64,000 bases of DNA from assembly GCA_002009975.1 (NCBI GenBank), contig MTLP01000042.1, forward strand, positions 1-64,000, read 5' to 3'. The notes under the pieces are model-generated. The model was not told the origin of the DNA, did not search any database, and worked only from the letters and a program-made list of their open reading frames with translations. Origin of the DNA: Thermococcus sp. JdFR-02 (GTDB taxonomy: Archaea > Methanobacteriota_B > Thermococci > Thermococcales > Thermococcaceae). Made by a program: the position numbers and the translations under genes. The first letter of the stretch is position 1, and each line of letters starts with the position of its first letter. Of this stretch, positions 1 to 10,191 are shown piece by piece.

Positions 1-91
1 TGCCAAAATTACCGGGCACAAAACACTTGATTACATTCTCTATTACACTCAGCAAACCAAAGCAGAAGAACTTCTCAAAGACCTGAGGTGA
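1..91 (+). CDS. C-terminal end of a probable tyrosine recombinase (partial, begins before the window)
   Basis: Frame from nt 2 reads AKITGHKTLDYILYYTQQTKAEELLKDLR*, resembling the box II GH-x(8)-Y catalytic motif. It lies next to an integrase fragment and a tRNA. Confidence 0.6.
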   Translation, partial: AKITGHKTLDYILYYTQQTKAEELLKDLR

Positions 92-400
92 CCTCCCAAT
101 GTTCATATATAGTATAATAGGTAATTCATTATTTGGTGCAAAACAATGGCCAAAATGGGCAAAGTGGCCACTAAAAATAGCGGCTCTCATTCAGGAGATT
201 TGGGCAAAAAGAGGCGAAAGACACGCATTCATATTACCATTGATAGGGAAGTCGGCGAAGTCCTGGACAGGCTTTACATTAAGAAGTCTAAATTCATTAA
301 TGACTTGCTCAGAACAGTCCTCTTTGGGGAGGGTGATGTTATGAACTTTCTAGAATCGATCTGGTGGGCCCGCGGGGATTCGAACCCCGGACCTCCGCCG
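1..400. mobile_element. Right end of an integrated plasmid/provirus inserted at the 3' half of tRNA-Val
   Basis: Int(N) overlaps the tRNA 3' end and a recombinase-like gene lies upstream. The other att site is outside the window, so the exact boundary is uncertain. Confidence 0.6.
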
Positions 401-427
401 TGTCAAGGCGACGTCATAACCAGCTAG
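146..427 (+). pseudogene. N-terminal fragment of an SSV1/pTN3-type split (suicidal) integrase, Int(N)
   Basis: Basic patch plus RHH-like N-terminus (KKRRKTRIHITIDREV...KSKFINDLL). The frame then runs into the antisense of the tRNA 3' end (WWARGDSNPGPP), as expected when attP lies inside int. Confidence 0.7.
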
Positions 428-438
428 ACCACGGGCCC
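362..438 (-). tRNA. tRNA-Val(GAC)
   Basis: Reverse complement GGGCCCGTGGTCTAGCTGG...TCGCC-TTGACAC-GGCGG...GGTTCGAATCC...CCCACCA. Anticodon GAC, CCA encoded. Confidence 0.97.
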
Positions 439-448
439 GCCCAAATTG

Positions 449-525
449 TGGTGGACCGGCCGGGATTTGAACCCGGGGCCTCTGCCTTGCCAAGGCAGCG
501 CTCTCCCAGGCTGAGCTACCGGCCC
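449..525 (-). tRNA. tRNA-Ala(GGC)
   Basis: Reverse complement GGGCCGGTAGCTCAGCCTGG...CTGCC-TTGGCAA-GGCAG...GGTTCAAATCC...TCCACCA. Anticodon GGC. Confidence 0.97.
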
Positions 526-557
526 ACCTAACGTCCAAGTAATAGAGGATAGAAGGG

Positions 558-576
558 ACCTTATAAAGTTTTCGGT
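558..576 (-). promoter_or_regulatory. BRE/TATA promoter of the tRNA-Ala/tRNA-Val pair
   Basis: Minus strand reads CCGAAAAC-TTTATAAGG about 35 nt upstream of tRNA-Ala. Confidence 0.7.
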
Positions 577-635
577 TCTTTTAAGTGCTCTCTTTACAGC
601 AAAAGACAAGAAAAAGAAAAACAAATGTAAAATAA

Positions 636-1667
636 CTATCCACTAGCATTAGCACTTTGTTCAACATTGCAAGTTAATGGCTCTATTTCAATGTTAAATG
701 CCTCTGGATGTATGAATTTAGCTAATTCTTCCAAACCATAGACAATTCTTGGTGAGGGTCTAACTAAGATATTATCGTCGCTTATGGTGAACACTTTGCC
801 GTTTTTAATTGCATCAGTTTTTGCTAATTCCGTGTTACAAAGCTCTTCTGCTGTAATTCCGGAATGGGGGGTTAGAATTATCACATCTGGATTTCTTGCT
901 AATATTTCTTCAACACTTACTTGAGCCCAACCTTCAGCATCATCAAAAATGTTCTTTCCACCAGCTAATTCTATTAAATCTCCAATGAACGTCTTTTTCC
1001 CAGCGGTGTATATTGGATTCCACCATGCTATATACAAAACCTTAGGCTTTGGTTCATCTTTAACAGTTGATGTTATGGAAGAGATTTTAGCTTTCATGTC
1101 ATCGATTACATTCTCTGCATAGTCTTCCTTATTCAAAACTTTACCTAAGAGCTCAATTTGTTTATAAATCTCTTCAATGTTCTTCGGATCGACAATAATA
1201 ACTGGAGCAATTTTTTCAAGCTGATCTAAGTATTGCATGTGCATAGAAGTTGCAATTATCAGATCTGGCTTTAAAGAGGCTATTATTTCAATGTTTGGAT
1301 CGCTAAATCCTCCAACTATTTCCCTACCCTCTTTAACGTTCTCTGGAAAATCATCAAATTTGGTGATACCCACAACTTTCTCTAATGCACCCAAGAAATA
1401 GAGTGTTTCTGTTATGCTTGGGGCTAAAGAAACGATTTTTTGTGGTTCTTTTTCAATCGTAACATTTCTTCCAGCAAAATCGGTTATCACCATAGGATAT
1501 TTTGGCTTTTCTGTCTGCGTTATTTGTTCTTGTATTTGAGTTGTTGTAGTTGGAGTTTCCTTTGTTGTTTGGGTTGTTGCTTGAGTTTCTTCACTTTGAC
1601 TTATGCATCCAGCAACTGTAACACCTAAAAGTAAAACCATCAGGAGCAATGCCAACTTCCTCTTCAT
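636..1667 (-). CDS. ABC transporter substrate-binding lipoprotein (BtuF/cobalamin-Fe-siderophore family)
   Basis: Lipobox-like VAGC, Thr-rich linker, KIVSLAPSITETLYFLG, PNIEIIASLKPDLI and RPSPRI motifs. Confidence 0.9.
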   Translation of the reverse strand: MKRKLALLLMVLLLGVTVAGCISQSEETQATTQTTKETPTTTTQIQEQITQTEKPKYPMVITDFAGRNVTIEKEPQKIVSLAPSITETLYFLGALEKVVGITKFDDFPENVKEGREIVGGFSDPNIEIIASLKPDLIIATSMHMQYLDQLEKIAPVIIVDPKNIEEIYKQIELLGKVLNKEDYAENVIDDMKAKISSITSTVKDEPKPKVLYIAWWNPIYTAGKKTFIGDLIELAGGKNIFDDAEGWAQVSVEEILARNPDVIILTPHSGITAEELCNTELAKTDAIKNGKVFTISDDNILVRPSPRIVYGLEELAKFIHPEAFNIEIEPLTCNVEQSANASG

Positions 1668-1752
1668 ATTCTCACCTTTGGATTATTTGTCCAACTCAAA
1701 TCTATCAGTTGGATATATAATCCTTTCGCCTCCAAAAGAAAAGAAGCCTGAA

Positions 1753-3030
1753 TCAGTGGTCCTTCATTATTTCTCTCAAGACACTTGTGGCATAGGTTCC
1801 TCTGGGCAGAAAGAATTTGAAAATTAGTGTATTTTTGTCTCTAATTGGTTTATACTTGAATCCTATAGGTTTAATAATCAGTTCCCTTCTTCCCCCACCC
1901 TCGGCTAAAATCTTTAGAGATTTCATCTTGAACTCTTCTAGGCTTATTCCCTCCTCCTGCAAAATTTCCCTTTCAATTTTGCCCATTTCTCCGTCAGCTA
2001 AACGAGAAGAAAAGCCAAAAATTGGTCCAGTAACCATTGCCTCTCCCTTCTTAATTTTTTCATTAACCATTCTTAAAGTTCCCTTTGTGACTTTGAATGT
2101 TCTTGTCCTTAGAGGAATACCCTTTTTAACTTGGCAGACTATATCACCAATTAGGGCTTCATTTAGCGGCAATCCCTCCTCAATCCTTCTTGAAAGTGCT
2201 TTATTAAAGAGATATGACTGATAGGAGTGAATGAAGATCTTTACAATGGGTCTTGGAAGAACGGCAAAAGCTTTTTTCCAGCTTTTAGTTTCTTTAAACT
2301 TGTAGAGCATTGCTCTCTCATACCTCAAGAATTTTGGAAATTCCTCTAAAGCCTTATCAACATCTCCACTTTCTAAGAAAGCTTTCCTTGCTTCATCTCC
2401 AAGCATGTCTCCACTATATTCACCTAAGAACTTAATTGCAGCCTCTTCAAACTTTCCTTTTAAAAGAAGCTTACCAATCTCATGGTTTACAACCCTTTTC
2501 TCACCAAACCTTTGATATCCAAAATAGTTTGGGAATCCACCTCCAGCTTTAATCTCTCTCAAAATCTGCTTTGTTCTCTCAAATGCTTCATCTAAAGGAA
2601 CATCTAAGTCTCTCACAACTATCGTGAATTTGTTCCCAAGAAGGGAGCCAAGTTTAAGCTTCTTTCCATATCCAACAAATTCAAGCTTCACATCTTGAAT
2701 CTCCAAAGAATCGACCTTTTCTTTAAGCTCTTTTAAATTTCCTCCACAGATGCTTATATATTGAGTTGTTACTGCATGTCTATCTTTCGTCCCAGCAAAG
2801 CCTATATCTTTGTAGTGGATTCCAATTCTTTTTGCAATCTCCTTAATCACAACCATTGTATCCCATTTTCTCTTTGTAAGCTTGTAGATTAAGCAGTCTT
2901 GCTTTTTAAAAACACCCTTTGAAATAATTTCTTCAACTATAAAGTCTTCTGGCTTATATTTTATCTTCCCACCAATTCCGGGAGTTTTGCTTAAATGCCT
3001 GAACTGCTTAAATAATTCTTTGTAGTCCAC
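1753..3030 (-). CDS. truD: tRNA pseudouridine(13) synthase
   Basis: [31 protein letters not shown] and [14 protein letters not shown] motifs. Confidence 0.95.
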   Translation of the reverse strand: MDYKELFKQFRHLSKTPGIGGKIKYKPEDFIVEEIISKGVFKKQDCLIYKLTKRKWDTMVVIKEIAKRIGIHYKDIGFAGTKDRHAVTTQYISICGGNLKELKEKVDSLEIQDVKLEFVGYGKKLKLGSLLGNKFTIVVRDLDVPLDEAFERTKQILREIKAGGGFPNYFGYQRFGEKRVVNHEIGKLLLKGKFEEAAIKFLGEYSGDMLGDEARKAFLESGDVDKALEEFPKFLRYERAMLYKFKETKSWKKAFAVLPRPIVKIFIHSYQSYLFNKALSRRIEEGLPLNEALIGDIVCQVKKGIPLRTRTFKVTKGTLRMVNEKIKKGEAMVTGPIFGFSSRLADGEMGKIEREILQEEGISLEEFKMKSLKILAEGGGRRELIIKPIGFKYKPIRDKNTLIFKFFLPRGTYATSVLREIMKDH

Positions 3031-3041
3031 CCTACCTCACC

Positions 3042-3398
3042 TTATACCAGCTTCAAATGTCCTGTCACTTTATCCACTAGCTCCTCTGGTGCTGGGCCTA
3101 TAGCCAAGCAAGTAATAGTTCCAGGAGGAATTTCAGTTAGCCCCGCATCTTTAATCAATGCACAAGGCAAATCTAATGCTTTTGCTTTTCCCATTAATTC
3201 AAAGAGCTCTTTTTCATTCTCAGCTCTTACAACAACTTTCTTTTGTCCCTCATTAAACCAAGCTTTAAACCATTCTGGTTTTTCTTTGTAAGCTTTAAAA
3301 GCTGCTGTAACTGCTCCATGAGCAACTTGAACTGCCAATTTTCCTTTGCTGAGACTTAAATCTCTCCTAATTACCATGACTTGCTTGTACTTAAACAT
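3042..3398 (-). CDS. pth2: Peptidyl-tRNA hydrolase Pth2
   Basis: KQVMVIRRDL.LSKGKLAVQVAH, GQKKVV and DAGLTEIPPGT motifs. Confidence 0.95.
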   Translation of the reverse strand: MFKYKQVMVIRRDLSLSKGKLAVQVAHGAVTAAFKAYKEKPEWFKAWFNEGQKKVVVRAENEKELFELMGKAKALDLPCALIKDAGLTEIPPGTITCLAIGPAPEELVDKVTGHLKLV

Positions 3399-3455
3399 CC
3401 TCCATCCCTATGAATAGCCAAGAAAAGAAGTTTATAAAGATTAAGGAGAGAAAAA

Positions 3456-5522
3456 TCAGAAACTTTCAATTTCAGTCTTTTCAACTTCAGTGGTTTCTTG
3501 TATTATTTCCTCCTTTTCCTCCTCTTCCTTCTTTGGAAGTCCACCTTTCCTCTTCCTTCTTCTCTCAAGCTTCTGTCTAACCGTTTCATATTTGGTCTTG
3601 TAATTAATGGTCGTTGCACCTAATGCCGCGACTAATATGAATAAGACAACTAACAATGGTGTCTTGTAGTCACTCTTTGGTGGCAGGTACTTTGAAGAAA
3701 TGTTTGATATGCTTTCTGCAAGCTTTAATCTTGTGTTTTCATCGAGGGAACTTAATGTTTTGTCCAGATAGGATGGAAGCTCTTCTGGCTTGGGCCACTT
3801 CTCGATGATCTTCTCTTCAACAATTACCTTTGGAGGAATCGAATTTATGAGCAATAGGTTTGTGAAATCCTTCTCATGCCAGTTTCCTAGGGGATCTTGA
3901 TACTTGAGCTTTGCACCAATAACAGAAACATCTTGCTTTAATATGAGATATTGACTCTCTATGACCTTCTCTTCTCCAGCTTTGATGGTTCCAATAGTAA
4001 GTTTACTCTCTCCATCTATACTTTCTGGAAGCAATAACTCCAAGGTTGCATTTTGGATAAATTCATAATCTGGATTTCCATTGCTCGCTGTGACCTTAAA
4101 TCTTAGTTTAATCATCTTGTCTTGGGTCGCTATATAATTGCTCCACGTTCCATTAAATGCCTCACCAGCAACACTAATCTCTGGAACTCCATAAACGATT
4201 ATTCCTTTAACAGTGTTTGAGGAAACGCTATTTTCTTTTCCTGCTTCATCATAATACTTCACTTTTACAGCTCCTAAATCAAAGCTACCCACCTGTGTTG
4301 GCTTTAGTGTATAAACCAAAACGGGCATTTCACTAAATGCATCCAAGGTCTTCAAGACCCACGTACCAATACCACTCCTTAATTCAAAGTTGTTTGGTAG
4401 TGGTGCAATAACATTTAAGTCAAAAGCCTTCCCTCTCCCCTCATTCTTTATGTTAACAAAGACTATCAGCTCATCACCATCTAAGAGCATTTTCTTAACG
4501 TTTGTGCTTAGGCTGACTTTTATATCGGCTTTTCTGATTATTGGCGTGACTTCTGTTCCAGAGGGAGCGTAGACTTTTAGGTAGGTTCTATTATATGTCA
4601 AATCAACACTGTTTGGAGGTATCTCAACCCTAAGCGGAGCTTTCTTACTTGTGTAGCTTTTTCCTTCTTTTATAGTCACGGTTTCCAATGGTGTTGTTCC
4701 TTTGAAGATGCTTATACTTGAATAGAGTCCAATTGAGTTGAGCCTTATTCTATAAACAGTGGTGTTATGGGTTAGTGTTAAAATCTCCCCAACATACATG
4801 ATATCATTGTAAACCAACTCCTCTGGCTCAAGTGGTGCTTCCTCTGGTTTTTCTTCAGTTGTAACCCTCTTTATTGTCAAGCTTGTAGAGGGGTATTTAG
4901 GAACGTAAATGTCAATTTTTGCAGATTTTCCTTCTACGGAATCTTTCACAACTATGTATACATAGCGATAGTATGAAACGTCTTTCGTCAATTGGTATGA
5001 AATAGCAGAACCTTCGTTTTCATCTATTATCTTTTCAATAGGCTTTGTTGTATACGGAAGGTAAATATAGAATTTTGCTTTTGTTTCATATGCTGTCACA
5101 AGCTTTATTCGTATGTTGGGAAGCCATTGAGGGAATGTATAACTTTTTCCTTCTCTTAATGATAGATTTTCCTCTAATGCATGAAGTGGTGAACTAACTT
5201 CAACCCAAATCCTTTTTTCGTATGACTGAATATATTTTAATGTGACTTTTATGTTAGGATCTGTTTGCGGATAGCTTAGAGTTTGTTCTTCACTTAACAC
5301 ACCAGATGCAACTCTTTTTCCGTTTTTGTATATTTCTAAATATGCTTGTGTCCACCCAGCGTTAACATCAGCGAACTTAATTTCATAGTTACCAAACACA
5401 ATAGAATCCTTTAAGCCGAGCGTTATTATACTTAAGCTGGCATCAGGAATGCTGGCAGATTTTACAAGGGGAGTAGTTGAGAAAACCAACAATGCAGCTA
5501 ATATCAGCGCCATCCTCTTCAT
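3456..5522 (-). CDS. Membrane-anchored cell-surface protein (S-layer-like / BatD-like Ig domains)
   Basis: Signal peptide, beta-rich domains (VNIKNEGRGKAFDLNV), C-terminal TM helix and charged tail. Confidence 0.65.
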   Translation of the reverse strand: MKRMALILAALLVFSTTPLVKSASIPDASLSIITLGLKDSIVFGNYEIKFADVNAGWTQAYLEIYKNGKRVASGVLSEEQTLSYPQTDPNIKVTLKYIQSYEKRIWVEVSSPLHALEENLSLREGKSYTFPQWLPNIRIKLVTAYETKAKFYIYLPYTTKPIEKIIDENEGSAISYQLTKDVSYYRYVYIVVKDSVEGKSAKIDIYVPKYPSTSLTIKRVTTEEKPEEAPLEPEELVYNDIMYVGEILTLTHNTTVYRIRLNSIGLYSSISIFKGTTPLETVTIKEGKSYTSKKAPLRVEIPPNSVDLTYNRTYLKVYAPSGTEVTPIIRKADIKVSLSTNVKKMLLDGDELIVFVNIKNEGRGKAFDLNVIAPLPNNFELRSGIGTWVLKTLDAFSEMPVLVYTLKPTQVGSFDLGAVKVKYYDEAGKENSVSSNTVKGIIVYGVPEISVAGEAFNGTWSNYIATQDKMIKLRFKVTASNGNPDYEFIQNATLELLLPESIDGESKLTIGTIKAGEEKVIESQYLILKQDVSVIGAKLKYQDPLGNWHEKDFTNLLLINSIPPKVIVEEKIIEKWPKPEELPSYLDKTLSSLDENTRLKLAESISNISSKYLPPKSDYKTPLLVVLFILVAALGATTINYKTKYETVRQKLERRRKRKGGLPKKEEEEKEEIIQETTEVEKTEIESF

Positions 5523-5584
5523 GTTTTTCTCCTCCAAAAGTTATTGAACCTAAAAATTGTAAAGGAAAAAGAAGTATAAAGGTC

Positions 5585-6901
5585 TTATGGTGTCAACCTT
5601 TTTCTATCTCTTGGGAAAAGTATAACCTCCCTAATGTTTTGGAGGTTTAGCATTTGTTTGATTAGTCTTTCAGCACCAAGACCAAAGCCTCCATGTGGGG
5701 GCATGCCATAGCGGAATGCTTTTAGGTAAAAGTCAAAGCTCTCTGGGTTTAGTCCTTTCTCTGCAATTTGAGCCTTTAATATGTCATAACGGTGTTCTCT
5801 TTGCCCTCCAGATGTTATTTCAATTCCTCTATATTCCAAATCAAAAGCCCTGCAAATTTCAGGCTTATCATCGTATCTCATTATGTAGAAGGGTTTTGCT
5901 TCACTTGGATATTGGGTTAAGAAGTATAAATCCTCGTCATAGGTTTCCTTTATGTACTGTCCAAGTATTTTTTCACCCTCTGTGTCTATATCCTCTCCCC
6001 AAGGAATATCTTTTCCTAAATCTTTCAAGATTTCCAAAGCTTTGGTGTATGTGATTCTCCTAAATGGCAGCTTTGGTTCCTCAAGTTCAAAGTTTAGAAG
6101 CTTTAGCTCTTTTTCATTGTGCTCCTTAACATAACCAATCGTATAAGCCACTAACTTCTCTAAAACTTGCATTACTTCATCTTCATGCTCTATGAATGCA
6201 ATTTCAGCATCAATGCTCCAAGCTTCATTTAAATGCCTCGTTGTGTTGTGTTCTTCAGCTCTGAATATTGGAGCAATCTCAAACACCTTATCTAATCCAG
6301 ATGCCATCATTATTTGCTTATAAAGCTGAGGACTTTGAGCTAAGAAAGCATCTTTTTCGAAGTATTTCATTGGGAAAAGCTCTGTTCCGCCTTCAGTAGC
6401 TGTTGCTATTATCTTTGGTGTGTGAATTTCAATAAAGCCCTCTTGATGGAAGAAATCTCTAACTGCTTTGAAAACGCTTGAGCGTATTCTAAAGAGTGCC
6501 ATTATTTCAGGTTTTCTCAAGTCTATAAAACGATTATCTAACCTTGTATCAAGCTCAGCTTTTACTTTTCCAGTAGGATCTAAGGGTAAAGGAGATTCTG
6601 ACTTGCTTAAAACAATGATTTTTTCGGGGATAATTTCAAAACCAAGCTTTGCTTTTGGTGTGAAATTGACTATTCCCTCAGCAGCTACTACATCCTCTGA
6701 ATTTAGCTTTGGGATAAGCTTGAAAATCTCTTCACTAACCTTTTTCTTTGGCGCGGTTATTTGAATTATTCCCTCTCTATCCCTAATCCAGACGAACTTA
6801 ATTCCACCGAGGTCTTTTACTTCGTAAACCCAACCAGCAACTCTAATTTTTTGCCCGTTTAGCTCAGGGGTTATTTGATTTGAGTAATGGGTTCTAAACA
6901 T
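5585..6901 (-). CDS. aspS: Aspartate--tRNA ligase
   Basis: MFRTHYS start, [24 protein letters not shown] and [14 protein letters not shown] class II motifs. Confidence 0.97.
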   Translation of the reverse strand: MFRTHYSNQITPELNGQKIRVAGWVYEVKDLGGIKFVWIRDREGIIQITAPKKKVSEEIFKLIPKLNSEDVVAAEGIVNFTPKAKLGFEIIPEKIIVLSKSESPLPLDPTGKVKAELDTRLDNRFIDLRKPEIMALFRIRSSVFKAVRDFFHQEGFIEIHTPKIIATATEGGTELFPMKYFEKDAFLAQSPQLYKQIMMASGLDKVFEIAPIFRAEEHNTTRHLNEAWSIDAEIAFIEHEDEVMQVLEKLVAYTIGYVKEHNEKELKLLNFELEEPKLPFRRITYTKALEILKDLGKDIPWGEDIDTEGEKILGQYIKETYDEDLYFLTQYPSEAKPFYIMRYDDKPEICRAFDLEYRGIEITSGGQREHRYDILKAQIAEKGLNPESFDFYLKAFRYGMPPHGGFGLGAERLIKQMLNLQNIREVILFPRDRKRLTP

Positions 6902-6924
6902 GTCCAAACCTCCAAAGAATAAAA

Positions 6925-7422
6925 TTAAGCAAAGACAATTTTTGATTCCTTTCCAGTAATCTTGGTAACTAAGCTCTCTAAAACTTCTGGCTTAGCTGGT
7001 AATTTTTGCTGGTCATCTCTTGGAACCAAAATCTTGTAATATTGATATCCACCTGGTCTGAAAACTATGTTGACACCGAATATCCTTGCTGGGACAAATA
7101 AATCTGTCGCAAGCTTCTTAACGTCTTTTGTGTCTTCTATAATCCTAACACGCTTTCCAAGCTCTCTCATTAGAATCTTTACGTTCTTTCCACCTTTGCC
7201 GATAACAAGTGCAACGTCTCCTTCTCCTACGATAATCACTATCAAATCGCCCTCTTCAACAGCTCTCTTGAACTCTATGTTTGCATCTCCTAAAAGTCTA
7301 TAAAGAAGCCTTGCAATTTTTACATCAAGCTCAGAAATAATGCCTTCTTGCACCTTTTTTTCGTCGGCAGGACAAAGAATGTCGTCAGTTTTTAAACAAA
7401 CCTCGCATATTGGAGCTTTCAC
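6925..7422 (-). CDS. KH-domain NusA-like protein with N-terminal Cys motif
   Basis: APICEVCLKTDDILC and the KH GxxG loop VIGKGGKNVK. Confidence 0.8.
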   Translation of the reverse strand: MKAPICEVCLKTDDILCPADEKKVQEGIISELDVKIARLLYRLLGDANIEFKRAVEEGDLIVIIVGEGDVALVIGKGGKNVKILMRELGKRVRIIEDTKDVKKLATDLFVPARIFGVNIVFRPGGYQYYKILVPRDDQQKLPAKPEVLESLVTKITGKESKIVFA

Positions 7423-7616
7423 TCTCTTCACCTCCTATTTATTCACAAAAATGAACATGATAATGGAAACTAACACTTTTTCGCAAGGGGGATTTAAAAA
7501 CCTTATCCTACATTCATAGAACGAAAGCAAAACTAAAAATTAACAACATGATCTTGCTCAAAAATGAGCGGAAGTAATTATACAATTGAGCAACAGAGAA
7601 ATAAGAGGGAAACGAG

Positions 7617-8873
7617 ATGAAGGACAGCAGAAACTTCTGGCTTTATGCAGTTGGAAGGCTCGTATCTTTAATTGGAAGTGGAGTTCAGGATGTAGCCTTA
7701 CCTTTATTTATTTTGGATTTAACTGGATCTGGAGCGATTATGGGAACGTTCATGATTATTTCAATGCTCCCAAGACTAATTCTCTACCCAATAGCAGGTG
7801 TTGTGGGAGACAGGATTAATAGAAAATGGATAATGGTATGGACAGATTTTGGAAGAGGATTCGTGATCTTAAGCTTAGCTTTTTTAGCCATACAAAATTT
7901 AATAACAATTCCAATTCTTTTCATCGCTCAGTTTTTGGTATCTATAATGAATGCCCTTTTTGGACCTGCAACGAGCGCAATGCTTCCAGATATCGTTGAA
8001 AAGGAAGAGCTTACAAGAGCAAACTCTATATTAGGAGCAATAAGTGGAATTTCTTACATAGTTGGACCTGCTTTGGGAGGAATAATTTACGCTTTAGGTG
8101 GGATAAAAGCAGCTTTCTTGATTAATGGTATTTCCTTTATAGCTTCAGGAATAAGTGAGCTTTTTATCAAATATAAACAGAAGACAAGAGCACTTGAAAA
8201 TGTAAAGCAGGTTATAGAAGATCTAAAGGAAGGGATAAATTTTGTAAAAGCCCATAGGGGAATTTTAATTCTCATGACTTTTGCGTTAGTGGTGAACTTT
8301 CTTATCACTCCAATTTTTTCCGTTCTCACGCCTTATGTTCTCAGGGTTGTGATAAAGTTCTCTTCGGAGCAGTATGGATTAATTCAGACCTCTTTCATGG
8401 CGGGGATTTTGATTGGTAACATTCTTATTGGAGCAGTGTTTGCTAAAAGTAAAGTTGAGAACATGTTGAATAGAGGCTTATTAAGTCAAATGAGCTTAAT
8501 ATTTGTCTTTGTTGCTCTAATTTTTCCACAGACAATGAAAGAGCTTGGTTATGCAAGCTGGGCAATGTTCTTTGCTATGGTTACTACCTTTGCACTCATG
8601 GGACTTTTTAATGCATTCATCAACACTCCATTAAATGTTGAGTTCCAAAAGCTTGTTCCGACAGAGTTTAGGGCAAGAGTATTTTCAGTAATAGAGGTTA
8701 CAGGACAGGCTATAATTCCTTTGGGATTTGGATTAATCGGATTTGCTTTGGATTATGCTCCAGCACACATCGTAGCTTTAATTCTTACACTGATTGGCTT
8801 TGGAGTTTCATTACTCTTCGTTTTCAAGTACTCGAAGGAGGTCTTCAAAGAATTTGATGAAAATAAAATTTAA
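7617..8873 (+). CDS. MFS transporter (DHA3/macrolide-efflux-like)
   Basis: About 12 TM helices; GVVGDRINRK motif A; PTEFRARVFS. Confidence 0.9.
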   Translation: MKDSRNFWLYAVGRLVSLIGSGVQDVALPLFILDLTGSGAIMGTFMIISMLPRLILYPIAGVVGDRINRKWIMVWTDFGRGFVILSLAFLAIQNLITIPILFIAQFLVSIMNALFGPATSAMLPDIVEKEELTRANSILGAISGISYIVGPALGGIIYALGGIKAAFLINGISFIASGISELFIKYKQKTRALENVKQVIEDLKEGINFVKAHRGILILMTFALVVNFLITPIFSVLTPYVLRVVIKFSSEQYGLIQTSFMAGILIGNILIGAVFAKSKVENMLNRGLLSQMSLIFVFVALIFPQTMKELGYASWAMFFAMVTTFALMGLFNAFINTPLNVEFQKLVPTEFRARVFSVIEVTGQAIIPLGFGLIGFALDYAPAHIVALILTLIGFGVSLLFVFKYSKEVFKEFDENKI

Positions 8874-8894
8874 ATGGAAAAACTTAATTTATAA

Positions 8895-8951
8895 TGCCGA
8901 TGAGGAAAAGGCCCGGCACCGATTGGTGATGAGGGCTATCACTTCTGAGGC
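8895..8951 (+). ncRNA. C/D box guide sRNA
   Basis: C-like CGATGA (8898-8903), D' CCGA, C' TGATGA and D CTGA (8945-8948) with ~12-14 nt guides. GC-richer patch overlapping the 3' end of a convergent gene. Confidence 0.75.
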
Positions 8952-10189
8952 TTTATTATGAGTGGTTCAAACTCTAATTCAAACTTTCCTTTTTTGCTCT
9001 TAATTGTCTTCCCGCTCAGCAAATCTTTACCTTTAATGTCAAGCTCTATTTCACCAATTTTTCCTTCTAAGTTAAAAATTCCTACAGCCTCTTCACCTTC
9101 AATAATTGCAATCCCTTCCTTAGCTAAGTAAACTCTCTGTTTATCCCAGCTTGTCAGCTTTTTGATTTTAATAAGCTTTTTTATGAACTCTAAAAATCTT
9201 TTATCTCCCTCGTCCCATGGTATTGGGTCTTTTTCAAAGAGGTTTGGCTGTTTTGTAAGTCTATATTCCTGACCTGTATAGATCAGCATAGCTCCTTTAA
9301 GCATAAACATAAAGGCAGTCCAGTTCTTTAAGCGAAGTTCATCAGAAAATATCTTTGCTGCCCTTGGTAGGTCATGGTTCTCTAAAAATCTTAGCTTTAC
9401 ATAATTTTCTGGATAAAGGGTGTCCTGAATGTAGAGATAGTCGATGTAAGAACTTAATGGGGATTTCCCTTTCAAGTAGCTTTCTAATCTTTCCCTTCCA
9501 TCATAATCATAGGTGATATCAAAGACTTGATGCATCTCAACATCTGAATGGGCTATAAAGCCTCTTTCCCTAAGCCATCTTACAAAAGACGGATGAACAG
9601 TCTCTGCTAACCAGAGCAAATTTGGATTAACCTTATTTACTTCTTTCTTCGCTTTTTTCCAAAATTCAATAGGCACCAGAGGAGCAACGTCACATCTAAA
9701 ACCATCAACGTATTTTGCCCAGAATTTTAGGGTTTCAATCTGATAACTCCAGAGCTCTTTGTTTGAATAATCCAAGTCGCTCACATCACTCCAATCCTTA
9801 ACTTTTCTCGAAATTTTTCCATCTTCTTTGTAAAACCATTCTGGATGCTCTTTTAAAAGAATTGAGTCATTTGATGTGTGGTTGTAAACGATGTCAATCA
9901 TAACTTTAAGTCCAAGTCTGTGGGCTTCTTTAACAAAAGTTTCAAAATCTTCAAAAGTTCCCAATTCCGGATTTATTGAACGATAGTCTCTTATTGAATA
10001 GGGGGAACCTAAATTCCCCTTCCTTCCCTTTTTCCCTATTGGATAAATTGGCATTAACCAAATATAGTCCACACCCAAGCTTTTTATTCTCCTTAGATCA
10101 GGAATGATAGCCTTTAAGGTCCCTTCTTCTGTGTGATTTCTCGGGAAAATCTCATAAATAACGAGTTTCCTAAGTTCCTTTGAATTCAC
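8939..10189 (-). CDS. GH13 alpha-amylase family glycoside hydrolase
   Basis: IYEIFPR, IWLMPIYP, MIDIVYNHTS, DGFRCDVA, LAE and FLENHD catalytic regions. Confidence 0.92.
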   Translation of the reverse strand: MNSKELRKLVIYEIFPRNHTEEGTLKAIIPDLRRIKSLGVDYIWLMPIYPIGKKGRKGNLGSPYSIRDYRSINPELGTFEDFETFVKEAHRLGLKVMIDIVYNHTSNDSILLKEHPEWFYKEDGKISRKVKDWSDVSDLDYSNKELWSYQIETLKFWAKYVDGFRCDVAPLVPIEFWKKAKKEVNKVNPNLLWLAETVHPSFVRWLRERGFIAHSDVEMHQVFDITYDYDGRERLESYLKGKSPLSSYIDYLYIQDTLYPENYVKLRFLENHDLPRAAKIFSDELRLKNWTAFMFMLKGAMLIYTGQEYRLTKQPNLFEKDPIPWDEGDKRFLEFIKKLIKIKKLTSWDKQRVYLAKEGIAIIEGEEAVGIFNLEGKIGEIELDIKGKDLLSGKTIKSKKGKFELEFEPLIIKPQK

Positions 10190-10191
10190 AT

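Noticed and set aside
99-624. ORFs 99..344, 350..538 and 424..624
   Set aside because: Shadow frames over the integrase fragment and the two tRNA genes.
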